DNA from: Ginglymostoma cirratum
Lineage: Eukaryota
Assembly: GCA_024137785.1 (NCBI GenBank)
Contig: JAHRHZ010000289.1
Span: 8,183,814 to 8,247,813 of the forward strand
Direction: 5' to 3'
Length of the DNA: 64,000 nt
The notes below the pieces were generated by a model. That model did not search any database. It was given only the letters and a program-made list of their open reading frames with translations, and was not told the DNA's origin. A program made the translations under genes and the position numbers. Shown one piece after another: positions 1 to 12,740 of the stretch (positions within the stretch are counted from its first letter, which is position 1; the number at the start of each line of letters is the position of its first letter).

Positions 1-100
1 CTTTCCTGCTCCTCTGATGCTGTTTGGCCTGCTGTGTTCATCCAGCTCTACACCTTGTTATCTCAGATTCTCCAGCATCTGCAGCTCCTACTAAGTCTCA
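1..100 (+). mobile_element. Penelope-like element pLTR 3' part, family A, truncated by the window start
   Basis: CTTTCCTGCTCCTCTGATGCTG...CATCCAGCTCTACACCTTGTTATCTCAGATTCTCCAGCATCTGCAG is nearly identical to 14427-14525 and matches the terminus of the RT/GIY-YIG element at 56408-58267. Confidence 0.8.
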
Positions 101-104
101 ATCA

Positions 105-2010
105 GGTTTATTGTATATGTATGAGAATGCACAGAGTTTAGTAAATGAGGAGTCACAAATGCAGATTGCCATGTGAAATTTGATGGTGTGGCATTTATGG
201 AGATCTGAATCAAGGAAAGGCAGTTCAGATTATTAAAAAATTATTGGCACAAGGCTTTCAGAAAGGGTTTAAAAGGAAGGAAAAGGAGAGGGGTGACAAT
301 GATAAGGATTGCATTATAGTGCTAGAGAAAGAGGATGTTTCAGATGGTAGTTAAGGAACAAAAAGGATGAAATGACATTTCTCAGAGTAGTCTGTAGATC
401 ATCAACTGGTGGGGAGGATGTAAAGGAACAATTTTGCAGGTAAATTACAAAGAGATGCATACATTATAAAGCAGTTATAATGAGGGACTTTAATACCCAA
501 ACATAGACTGAGATATTATTGTGTAAGAGGAAGTGATGGGCAAATGTTCTTCAATTGTGTTCAAGAGGAATTCTTAAAGCAGAATGTATCCAGTCTAGTA
601 AGAAATAATGCACTGTTGGACCTAGTTCTTGGAAATGAGGTGAGCCAAGTAGACCCAGCATCAATGAGGGTACATTTAGGAGACAGTGATCGTTACATTG
701 CAAGATTCAGGTCAAGCTAGGCCAGATAGAGTGGAATGCAAGTTCTGCAGGAGAAAATGTAACTGACCAATAAGCTACTATCAAAAAGTGGATGGTTAGG
801 ATACAGTCGAGGTATACTTCCTCAAAAGGGAAAATATAGTACAAACAAATCCAGAGCTCCCTGGAAGACAAAGGAGATAGAAAATTGGATAAAGAAGACA
901 AAATGTGCAATGTCAGCTGTCAGGTAGTAAATGCAATTGAGGATCAAGAAGAATACAGAATGTTCAGAGAGGATGTTATGTAGTACTCTAGAAAAGCAGG
1001 AATCAGGATGGAAAAAGAAACTGGCAGCCAACATATGGGGAATGACAAAGTCTTTTTTATAAATAGTATCACAGTGGTAAAAGGAGGAGTAGGGCTAATT
1101 AGGAACCAAAAAGGGAACTTACACATGGGAATATGGGGCATGGTTGAGGCATTAAATGAATACTTTGCACCTGTCTTTGCCAAGGAAGTAGATGTTATCC
1201 AGAGTATGGCAACAGAGCAGGAAACTCTGTCACTAGAATGTTTTGAAATTGATAAGGAAGATCTGTTGGATTGACTGATGGCACTTAACATTGATGAGGT
1301 ACTGGGACCGAATGAAATACATCCAAGGAGATTGAAGGAACTGACAGTCTTTGGATCATCCCCTTGTAGAGAGAAGATTATAAGACCAAGGCTAGAAATT
1401 ACAGATAAGTCAGTTTATCATCAGTGATCAGAAACCTTCGAGAAGCAATTATTCAAATTAGAATTAGTAGTTGTTTGGTAAAAGAGTGATTTGATTAGGA
1501 AAAACCTGCATGAATTCCTAAAGGAGAAATTGCGTTTAACTAACATGTTGGAGTTTTTTGAAGAATTGACAGAAAGGGTCAATAAAAGTAAGCCTATTGA
1601 TGTGACGTAAATAGATTTCCAGTAAGCATATCGTGCAGTGAAACACCTGTGAGAAAATTTATAGGCCATGGAATAAAAGGGGCCATGGCAACTTGAATGT
1701 AAAGTTGACTGAGTGACAGGGAACCAAGAAAAATGGTCAATAAATATTTTTTGAGCTGGAACAAGGCTCCATTTCTAATGGAGTTCCCCAGAAGTCAGCT
1801 TTAGGACCATGTTTCCAGATATATAATAATGATCTGGCTCTAGATCTTAGCATGCAAGGGACAATTTCAAATTTGGGGATAATTCAAAAATTGGAAGAAT
1901 TGTAAACTGTGAGGACAATGCAGAACTTCAAAAGGACATAGACAAGTCGGTAAAGTCGGGTGGATAGGTGGTAAATGAAGATCAATGCAGAGAAATGAAA
2001 GGATAGGGAC
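105..2010 (+). mobile_element. Decayed CR1-clade LINE ORF2 (APE endonuclease plus RT)
   Basis: Frameshifted motifs: DFNxPNIDW-like (~485), ALLDLVL (~610), SDH-like (~685), LTNMLEFFEE (~1535), GVPQ (~1780). Many stops. Confidence 0.85.
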
Positions 2011-2962
2011 AGACAATATGTCCCATCAGCCTGGCAGTCTATTATCCTCACCTTTTATCCTGGTCTTAACATGGATAGTCTTTGCTCAATGCTAACGATT
2101 ATATCATCGGAACCATTGGTCTTTCTGAACTTCCTCCTTTCACTTTTTACTTGGGTTGTGAACCTCTGAGATGAGGTTAAGTCTGAGCTTATGCTGTAAT
2201 GAAGGAAATAGAGTCTTTTGCTCCTGCCATTAATAAATCTGCTCACAAAGATCTAATGCTTAACAATCTTACCCTATTATTCGGTGAGGACAAGCAGACA
2301 TTGTTATTCTCAGAAGTATTTGATTGTTACTAAACTTCTCTCCACTTGTCTAACAGCTTGCAGGTGGAGTGGATAACTGGTCACCTAATGAAATCCATAC
2401 TCTTCCATGAATTGTCAGAAATGTTTCTTTGATGAACTGTTGATAGTAGTCTGATACTGTTTCATCCAGAATACCATATGTGGAAAAAATTGCATTTTAA
2501 AACATTTCCCATAATTTTAGCTGTCATGTTATGGAGCCTGCCAAACAATGAGAGTAGTAATCTCTTATTCTGTAGTAAATCTTCTTCCGAAATCAAAGAG
2601 ATGTAAATCTCACCTTTTACCAATGTCTAGACAGAAAGATTGATTGTAGCTAACATTCAGTGGGTGTTTGATTATTGAGAGCAGAAGTGTGACATGTTGA
2701 AATAAAATATTCTGTGGCATTTCAGTTGCTGGGCCATCATACTGACTATTGTGCCTTTTGTTTGTATTTTATTGCACCCAAATGACTGCCATGGAATTTT
2801 TGGAGAATATCTTCCCTCATAGCCAAAGCGATTTTCTTTGGATAAGACACCACTGCCAGGTATGTTGTTTGGGTATACTTTCAATCCTTTTCTCTTAGGG
2901 GTCTAGCCTACTGCCAGGACATGGATGCCTAATAGCAGCTCAGCCAATTCCCAGTCAGGTAC

Positions 2963-4340
2963 AAACATAAGAAATAGGAGCAGAAATCTTTCTAATTTAT
3001 GTTGCCATTCAATAAGATCATAGCTGATCCACCTATAATTTGAATTCCATATTGCTACCTACCTCTGATAATATCTGATTTTTCTCACCTGACAATAACC
3101 TGTCAATCTATATCTGCCCAAAAAATATTCAATGTCCCCTCTACCAGAGCTCTTTGAGGCAAAGACTCTCAAGGAGGCACAAGTCTCAGAGAAAGAAAAT
3201 TCTCTTCATCACTGTCTTAAAAAGGTGAGTTCTAATTTTAAGACAGTGGCATCAGTCTGGAGTCACCCACAAGAGAAAACATCCTTTCCACATCACCTTG
3301 TCAAGACCATTCAGGATCTTTTACGCTTCAATCAAGTCATTCCCTCACTCTTCTAACTCCAGAGGGAGCAGATCCGGCTTATCAAATGTATCCTCATAAG
3401 ACAAAACACTCATTCCAGATATCAATCTAGTCCACCTCCTCCTTATCACCTCCAATGCAGTTACATCATTCCTTAAATAAGGAGACCAAAACTACACACA
3501 TATTCAAGAGGAAACCTTACGAATGCCCCGTTTAACTGAGGTATAATATCTTTACTTTTATGTTCAATTGCTCTCATAATAAAGGGTAGCATTCCATTAG
3601 TCACCTTCTTCTATGCTGTGCATACATATTAATGTGTTGTAACAAATGCACAAAAACACCAGGATCCGCCTGCACCTCCAGTTTCTGCAGTTTTTCTCCA
3701 TTTGGACAATGCCTTACTTTTGCTTTCTTCCTGCCAGATTAAACACATTTTAGCATCTGCCAGATTTTTACTAATTCACTCAAACTATATCATTCTGCAA
3801 ACTCTTTATGTCTTGACAGTATACTTCCTACCAATCTTGGTGTTGACTGAAAAATTAGCTACCATGCCTTTGCTACCCTCACCTACATTCAAGTAAAGTG
3901 TAAAACATTGAGACTCCAGCACAGAAGGCTGTGGAACTCCATTCATCACATGCTACCAATCCAACAAAGACCTATTTATTCACATTTTCTGTTTTCCACC
4001 AACCATCCAATCTTCTATCCATGCTAATATGTTATCCCCTACACCCTGAATTTTTATTTTCTGCAATAGTTTTTGACTTGGCACTTATCCAGAAGGATAT
4101 CCAGTTACAGTACATCTACTGGTACCCCTTGATCCACATCTACATTACTCAGTCCAAGAAGTTTAATAAGTCAGTTAAACATGATTTCCTCTTCACAAAG
4201 CCATGCAAACTCTTCATAACTGCATTGTGTTTTCTAAATATACAGTTATAATATCATAATGGTCAACTCTAACAACTGCCCCACAACAGACAGAAATAAT
4301 ATTCGGCCCGTAGTTTCCTCTTTTCTGCCTTCCTCCCTTC
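2963..4340 (-). mobile_element. Decayed CR1 LINE, 3' end and RT
   Basis: Reverse-complemented CR1 tail (AAACATAAGAAATAGGAGCAG...) followed by RT remnants (GGAGACCAAAACTACACA; AAGTCAGTTAAACATGATTTCC). Confidence 0.75.
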
Positions 4341-5494
4341 TTTGCCTGCTCACTAGTGGCCATCTGTTGCTTGGAACGTCTCATTGTTTCTTGCTAGCAG
4401 AGCAAAAGTGCAGAACTACAAAGGACACACCATTATCAGGTAAATACAACAATGATTGCAAAAGTCACCTGACTAGATGTCATGTGATCAGACATTACAT
4501 CACCAGACCATCATGCAATCAATTCTCCTGGATTCCCTTCCAGTCAGAGTTAACAGTAAATCACATAATAATTGTTGAACAGATTCTGCTCCATCCACAG
4601 GGAGGATTAACCATAGACTAGCAGCCCAACCTGCACTGCATCTAGCTATAATGAGACTAACAATGGAAAAATTCAAATTCAATTCATCTCATTCTGGAGA
4701 TCTGGGCTTCACTAACCTGCAGTATTTATTGTCCCTCATAGGTACTCTCAAGCCATTGGGAAAACTCAAGATAAATTTACTAAAATGCTAAAAGTGTGTT
4801 TGTGAAGGAAATATGAAAAAACAAATCAATCAAACTCAGAAGACAGACACGGGATATGTCCAATAGGGTACCCTTCATCGTCCAACACTTCCCGGGAGCA
4901 GAGAAACCATGCCACGATCTTCACAACCTTCAACACGTTATCGATGACAATGAGCTCCTCATCAAGATCTTCCTAACACCTTCACTTCTCACCTTCAAAC
5001 AAACGCCAAACCTTAAATAGACCATTGTTCGCAGCAAACTACCCAGCCTTCAGGACAACATCGACCACAACACTATACAACCCTGTCATGGCAAACTCTG
5101 CAAGCCTTGACATGTCCTTGACATGGACACTACCGTCACACATGGGAACACCACCCACCACATGCACGGCAGATAATCATGTGACTCGGTCAATGTTGTC
5201 TATCTCTTATGCTGCAGGCAAGGATGCTCCGAGGCATGGTTTATTGGTGAAACCATGTAGATGCTATGACAACAGATGAATGTACACCGCGCAACAATCA
5301 CCAAACAGGGATGTTCCCTCCCAGTGGGGGAACGCTTCAGCAGTCAAGGACATTCGGCCTCGGATCTTCGGGGAAACGTCCTCCAAGTCGGGATACACAA
5401 CAATGCAGAGTCGCTGAACAGAGGCTGATAGCCACATTTGGTACCCATTAGGACGGCCTCAACTGGGATCTTGGGCTCATGTCGCACAACAGGT

Positions 5495-5785
5495 GACCCA
5501 CCACACTACACACTCTCACACGAGCATATGTACATACACTCACTTACACCAATACACACATATACTCACACAGATCCTCTCTCAAACACAGGCTGTCTCT
5601 CACACACACACACTCACACTCACACTCTCTCACACAGATCCTCTCTCTTACACACACTGTCTCTCAAGTGCACTCTTGGTCTCACACACACTCTCCCTCT
5701 CTCTCATACACACACCCTCCCTCACACACACGCATACACAGTCACTCACTCTCCCACACACACATTCATGCACATACCTGTGCAA
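5495..5785. repeat. Degenerate (CA)n/(CT)n low-complexity tract within the PLE 3' UTR
   Basis: Long imperfect CACACA/CTCTCA run. Confidence 0.9.
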
Positions 5786-6185
5786 ATATCGGATGAATTT
5801 GTATTTGCAGATACATTTTATTTTGTTCAAAAAGCACACAATTTATAAAATGCAATATTGACTGTCTATAAATTCCTACCTTAGAAATAAAGCCAGTCTG
5901 ACTGCAAACCAAAACATAAGCAGATTCTACACAAGGCCTCACATCTAACATGCATTGTCTGGCCTAAAATGTCACCTCTTCTTTATACTGACAAAACCTT
6001 TAGTACTGTCAGGACAGTAACTTCAAAAGAATTCGGTGATCTACATATACATATTAATCAATTAAAGCCTTCTAACTGATTAAATATTTAATAGCATCTT
6101 AGGTTTGTTTAGTGCATCCTCATCAGTGGTGTGACCCTTTGATCTTTTATTTATAAATTCTGTGTCTGATACTACCTCTCCCACC

Positions 6186-6223
6186 AACACCTGAAGAAGG
6201 ACAAGGCTCTGAAAGCTTGTGTT
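6186..6223 (+). ncRNA. Minimal type I hammerhead ribozyme motif with decayed stem II
   Basis: AACAC-CTGAAGA-AGGACAAGGCTCT-GAAAGCTT-GTGTT. Core CUGANGA/GAAA, palindromic helix III (AGCU), stem I AACAC/GTGTT. Confidence 0.65.
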
Positions 6224-7307
6224 TTCAACTAAACCTGTAGGACTATAACCTGGTGTCATGTGATTTCTAACATCTGTAGAGACAAGTTAATATCCTGAGT
6301 GTATGGACCTTTAATTTTTAAAGAGCTAAACTATGAATTTATCTTTTCTCTTTACAAATACAGACTGAACAATTGAGCATCAGCAGTATTTCTGTCTTTA
6401 TTCTTCCAATGGGAACTTTGAATTCAAATATGGAAGACTCAAACTGATTTATAGTTCAGGTTATTCCAATTCAGCTTACAGAGTCCATTTCACGTTACAG
6501 ATCCATATTTTTTAATTCCCAACAGAAATGGTTCACAGTCACAGTTTCAAGGTCGAGCTCTGAGGGATAGAGTTTCCATTTCAAGCATATCTGGTGATTC
6601 AAAACCAAATTGCATTCAAAACTGCATCCATTTTAAAAGATGTTTTTATGCATCCAGTTTCCCCATTTAAACATCATAATTGGGCAAGATTTTAAATGTA
6701 AAATTTTACTTTAAAAGTGTGTGGCTTAATATAGTTAAGAGGAGCAGCTTGACAAATTTCAATTAATACAGTTGAAACTGTGTTTATTGCAAAAAAGAAT
6801 CAGTGTCAATGTGCAAACTATTGAGAGTTACTTTTAATGAAGTGCAGAACTATTTTCTAGTTAGATCGAGGTGCAGTTGTATACCCTCATTGTAAGAAAA
6901 ATAATTCTGTTAAAATCTTTGAAAACAGACCAGTTAATTTTGCTGTGCACAAAAATTCCAGATTAAATATTGAAGATTCCGTGAAGGTCTTCAAATTAGT
7001 GCAATTAGCTAAAATTCCTAAAGGACATTGGTCACAATGGGATGTGGCTAGATTTGTGAGCGCGACCAACTTTTAAGAACCAATGTTCTTAAAACTAACA
7101 CAAAAGAATACAGAAACTCAATTTGCATTGAATGTAATTTAGGCTTATAATTCTGGGATATTTTGCCTCAATTACACTGATATCACTGATGGAAAAGTGT
7201 TCTGAAGAAAAACAATAATAGGAGTTCTACAATTTAGAAACTTGGTCAGCAACTGATCCATAACTTTTATGAGGAAAACTCCAGTGGTGGAAAACTTCAG
7301 ATACCAT

Positions 7308-10006
7308 GGACTGGATTTTTAATTCATTTTCCGGCACCGGACAAGCAGACAAATTCCAGGTCCTGACCCAACTCTGTGCCAGCATCAATGACATGATGAA
7401 ACGGTTAAAGGGAAAGGCCACAACTGGGCCCAGGTTAGGTTGGCACCTAACTAGTGTCATCAGAAGGGGCCTGGAGGTGTTACCTGGCAACAGAGGGCAC
7501 TTTTAAAAAGCAAACAATAGCCAAAACTGGGCTTGCTATTCTTTTTGGAAATGGAGCGGCAGAAAGGTCTCTTGGTCAGTGCCAACCTACACAGGCTTCC
7601 CTGGCAACCGTACGTTTCTTTAATCCTTTCCTTGAGGCATTGACAATCACAGTCACAAAGAGAAGAGAGCTGCTCTTTCTTCTATCTGAACAAAGAAAAC
7701 CTCGCAACCAGACCAAGAAAGCATGGGCAAAGGCAAGCACAGAGACCAGGAGCCAGGGCATAATTTGGAGGATGTGGGTACAGTACTGAGAGTGCTTCAA
7801 TGATGTAGTAAGGTCTGAAAAGGTGAATGGTAAAGAATATCTAGGTGACAGGGGTCTAACTCTATATACATCAGCATGCACACAAGCTGGCAGACTGAGT
7901 GGCCATGGTTCTCCTTGATATTGTAGAAAATGTGGGCAGTTGCATCTCTGAGATGTCAAAATAAATGTACTGTGAACAGTTTGACAGGAGGCATTACCAA
8001 GGAACACAACTTCTCCTGTAAATGTGATGTTGCAATGTGGAAGCTGTTGGAGACACCTGTGGCATTGCAGAGCCAAACTACAGGTACTTCAAGATGTCTC
8101 AGGGTTTTGAGCACGGGACTGATTGCTGACGTTGCTTTGAGTACATGGAGCTCCATGTTGAAAGGGTGGCCAATCTCTTGGAGAGCCATTTAAAGCACCA
8201 CTGCAGTAATGTAGAGTCATAGAGCAAGGAAACAGAGCCTTCGCTCCAATCAATCCATAATCCCAAACTAAAGTAGTCCCGCCTGCCTGCTCCTGGTCCA
8301 TATACTTCCAAAACTTTCCTATTTATGTACTTATCGAAATGTCTTTTAAATGTTGTAATTGTGCCCACATCCATCACTTCCTGCTGAGATTCTCAGATTG
8401 AGTGAGACTCACTTCAGCATTGAATGCTCAGGGCCAAAGATTCTTGGAGTGGATGTCAGTCACATCTCAAACGATGGCCTCATCCCAAATGGAAAGACAC
8501 GATGAAAGGACTGAGGCAATCAGAGGCTGAGGAGAGGTCCATATGTCAGAGCACCCTGGTGTCCACCTTCAATTCTTTGTCCCCACTGTTTGAGGACCCC
8601 CTCCATGTTGCAAGGCTCTGGCTGCCCCTCAAATGACATAAGTGCAGCAGCCTATGGAGGAAACCTTAAGTGCACCTCGATAATGAGGCAGCAGCTAAAG
8701 GCATCTTAGCTGCAAGCAGTAACAAGGGAGCTGGCGGCCTGCACCTCAATCTTATTCACTGAGGGAGCAACGTGGCATTGGCTGTGAACACACTGTTGGA
8801 CATACTTTACAAGTCACTTGGGTGATGTTTTTGATTTAGCTTGTTGTTTTATTTTATCTTGATCTGTTCAAAACAAGTTTGTGCTAATAGGTGGCTCTGG
8901 TTGTAGCGCTTCTCTGTATTGGTGTCTAGGTACCAACAGAGTCTGGATTGTTGGTACTTGGAACATTCGGAGGAGAAAAATATCATGATAGCTGCTCAGA
9001 AAGCAAGCACAGGCCGAGCACAACATACATGCCCTGTGGTTACAGATCTGCTGAACAGCCATTGAGCAGAATCCTTTTCTGTTCAGGAATGTGACTGCTA
9101 TATCAACCCTTTAATGGCCAGTTGGGTACAATCCATGAATCTCTGAACCTGAAGGAGCCTTTCAACAACAGTAAACCCAAATACGCTATGTAGCCTGTAT
9201 TAACTCATCTCTCATAATAAATGTAGCGTCATCCTGTGGGAAAGGGTATTTGTGAACTGCTTGATGGTGTGATAAGCTGCTGACTATGACCACAGCAGAT
9301 CCCTGGAATGACCCCAGTTGTATAAAAATGAAGTGCTTTTTATGGGTGCAGCTTGTTCACAACAAGGTCTCAGCTCATTGTGAACTCGAACACAAATATC
9401 CAAGACCATCTGCCTGGAAAGGAACAGCCTCCTCCTGCACTCCTCTGATCTCCTCCTGGCTAGGAGAATGTATCTGCTGAATCTTTTCTTGCTATACTGT
9501 CCAATGTCAGAGTTGCCTGCTGTTATCTCATTTCAATTTCTTTCCTACTGTTTATTCATTTGACAAGTCTTCATCCACCAACTTCTGATGCTCAAGTGAG
9601 GCCAGAAAAGTCACAAGTGACTCCAAACTCTCACACTTTGTAGGCTCTAGAGGTTAGCCTATCAACACCAGTGATGGCAATTCTGTACCACTGCAGGTGC
9701 ATTTGAGGTTAAATCTTCCTTTTTGTACATTTGCTCACAGCGATCATTAACACTCACAGCTCTGGACTCTGACGTGTCTCACACCCTCCATTTTTCCTGT
9801 GCTTCTAAATGGAAAATTCCAGGCTTTGGGTCCCCAGACTTTTCATGAACTCAACATCAAGAAGATAAATGGAGCTCTCCCTTTGCAAATCGCAATTGCA
9901 TCCCTGAGGCAACCAGCAATACAGTGCCAGTGTGCAAAGTTCCAGTTCCTCCACTAACACCCTCAGCATCTATACACAATCCCATGGTTAACTGAAAATC
10001 CAGCCC
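7308..10006. mobile_element. Ancient PIF/Harbinger-like DNA transposon relic
   Basis: Terminal inverted repeats GGACTGGATTTT / AAAATCCAGCCC with 3-bp flanks CAT/CAC. Faint Myb/SANT-like remnant on the minus strand (~7900-8020) and a possible nuclease remnant on the plus strand (~8770, ~9320-9420). Confidence 0.45.
8208..8385 (-). mobile_element. CR1 LINE 3' end fragment
   Basis: Reverse complement of the CR1 tail seen at 38790-38960 (GTITTFKRHFDKYINRK; CTCTATGACTCTA tail). Confidence 0.8.
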
Positions 10007-11017
10007 CACTGATCTTAATTCACCCATTCCTCTCAAGCATCCTGCACTTACTGAATGTCATGTCTGCATTATTCCAGATCCCATCTTCAATCTAAATATA
10101 TTGTTCATATATCAAGACATTGAGGTTGAACCTTAGACAAATAAAGTCCTATAGTAAAAAGTTTTATATTATTTATGATACAGTAGGAGTACTGCATTCA
10201 AGAACATAGTGTTGACCATGGAATTTTATTGTCGCACAAAAATATCTTTGGAGAGCAAACAAAAATCAATGAAAATACAATGGTTGGAAAAAGAAACATT
10301 TCCCAGTGGATTTTCCGACAAGCAATGTCAATGTAGCTCCTGTAACAGAACAAAGGTCAATGTTCAAACCCAATCCTTTTCGGAAGATTTAAGTCTTACA
10401 GATGCAGCCTCAAACTGCACTGGCTTTAAAAAAAGATTCACTCACTTTACAACTCGTACACAGCAATTTTTCTAGGTGAGCTTTCAGCTCATTAATCAAA
10501 CCTATTCTTCAGTGAAAATTTTACTGATCACAACTCTACACAGGCTCATGTTATTCTGTGTTATGCAACAACACGCAAAGTCATCTATCAGTTGGTTTGC
10601 ACATAGGTATTCCATAACTATTGAATTATTTAATTGTAGTCTACAAAATAAGAAGACAACAATTAAACAAATACGAAGATTTGCCAAATTAAAAACATAT
10701 AACGCTGGAGGAATTCAACAAGTCAGGGAGAGAAACAGAGTTAATGTGTGTTATTTATAGACGTACTAAGCAGTGTTACTTATCGGGGCCTGAACAATGT
10801 GAGGAATGTGGCAGAATCTTATGAGAAGTTTAGCGAGGTTATCTTGATGTTGGGAACAAATAGCTGAATCTTTAAACTAAGTTCGAGGCATCAAGGTAGG
10901 ATTCTCACCAGGTATTGTTGAGTCTATCACTAAAGGGGATTATTGTTTGTTAACAACCTGATTAAATTGCAGATCTTGACATATTAGCATGTACTTTTCT
11001 ATTTTATCACACACGTC

Positions 11018-11969
11018 TGTTATAAAGCAGATGTTGACCCTCCGAGAACTAAAACCAAACCACTGAAAGAGGAGCACCTCGCTCTATAATCTGTAAAAGG
11101 AATGTGAAAAGTGGTGTAACCTGCCATTCAGCACTTCTAGTGCTAAATAAAGTAAATCCCTGATACTTCAAAGACAAGTAACAATTTATTTATCTAGCTC
11201 TAACAGTGAACAAATTAACTAAACTATTAACAAGCTGAATAAATCCCTGCTAACTGCTAACTATTCCCAAATAAAGCAAGATTCTAATGGTATGCTGTCC
11301 CAATAAATACAAGTCCCACTCTTACAAAAGAGAAGACTTTAGTCTCTTGAAATTACTGCCAGGTTACGTGCCTTCCAGAATGTTCCATGCCTTTTCTGTC
11401 AATTCTTCTGTCAGGAATATTAACTAGTTGTGCCATTGGTACCACTGTTATTCAGACGGCGCTTTCTCTAAGACATAGCGGAGGCTGTGAGAGCTAGCGA
11501 TTCTCTGTGAGAGCTGAGGGCTGTTAGCTCTGGCTGATGGCAGCGAGTTCTGGGGCTTTGTCCAATGGCCTTCTTCTTTTTATACCCTCAATGAAATATC
11601 AATATTTATTACAATAAGATTGATCTTATTTTGTCAAAACCATTAGGCTTAAATTTAATAGGTTTTTGGTATTTAAGTGCCTGGTTCAAATTGACTGGCT
11701 AAATTTAAAAGCCTGTTGTCTTGGTAAACTCCTGCTTGGCCTACTAACTGTATGCCCTTTTGATACAAATGTTTCAATTCAGGTGTTCTCTGTGTACTTG
11801 CAAACTTTTGAGCTGCTGCTTACAGACATCCATTTTAGATCACTAAGCACAGAAAAAGCACTTGGTCCTTTAAAGGCACCACAAAATTCTTTCCCCCCGG
11901 CACTTTACAAACACCAAATTCTAACTTCCTGCCTTCCAGTTCATAAGTACCCTGCCCAGCTTCACAACA
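11018..11969 (-). mobile_element. Solo LTR of the Gmr1-like family
   Basis: TGTTATA...TTCACAACA termini, colinear along its length with the LTRs at 37610-39339 and 45533-46492. Confidence 0.85.
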
Positions 11970-12154
11970 CAACAAGTAAACTGGACACGGAGAATTCTCA
12001 ATATGCAAGTCTCAGAAGGTACCTGGTCTCATCAGCTTGCTGGTTTCTCCACAGCACGTCCAATTTGGACACCAGACAGAAATATCTCAGGCTCACCCAT
12101 GGGCATTGGTCACACACCCCCCACCATCCAAAGACATAAGCATCTGACATGTAA

Positions 12155-12740
12155 CCTTGAGCCACCTCTCACTGGCAGATACACCACTAGTGGCACCGTT
12201 ACTGGAAGAGTCCATAATGGTTTGAAACTTTCTGGACACTCTTCCAGTCACAGCTGACTATATCAGAGTTTGGATGCAGAAAATTCCAATCCTGGCAAAA
12301 CTGAAACAGCTGATGGTGAAGGGGAAAACCAAATGACCATCACAACCAGAACTGAAACCTTTTTGGACCTGGAGAGACCAGATCACCGTAAGGAACGGCA
12401 TATTATAATGGGTAGCAAGAGTGGTTGTCCTGAGGAAAGGTTACCATCAGATACCCCACCAGGGTCATCCAAATGTTCCAAAATGAAGATTTTGGTGAGT
12501 GGCCAGGATTAGATGTAGACATAGCTGTATTGGTGGGACAGTGGCCAGAGTGCCAACAAGGACATTTACCACCAGTAGCTCCCCACATTCATGGGAATGG
12601 CCAGGTAAACCCCGGACATGGTTACACATTGACAATGCAGGTCTCAGTGCTCTTAATCATTGTGGATGCCCACTCAGAGTGACTGAACGTGCAGAGAGTT
12701 CATTCGTCAAACACAGGGATGACAGTAGAAAAACGGTGAG
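12155..12740 (+). mobile_element. Gypsy integrase fragment (zinc-binding region and start of core), inverted relative to the adjacent pol
   Basis: GHP..SKMK..WPGLDVDIAVLVGQWPECQ, HSWEWPGKP, WLHID, LIIVDAHS. Confidence 0.85.

Larger units (their letters stand above)
4835..6270 (+). mobile_element. 5'-truncated Penelope-like element: RT C-terminus, GIY-YIG endonuclease and pLTR
   Basis: Translates RVPFIVQHFPGAEK...FKQTPNLK.TIVRSKLP, then CDSVNVVYLLCCRQGCSEAWFIGET (GIY-YIG) and EQRLIATFGTH..GLN. Ends in a hammerhead-bearing pLTR. Confidence 0.85.

Noticed and set aside
4345-4370. CTCF-like motif (GCAACAGATGGCCACTAG on the minus strand)
   Set aside because: Only a partial match, expected by chance in 64 kb.
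5438-5861. His/Thr-rich ORFs
   Set aside because: Translation of a CA/CT microsatellite tract.
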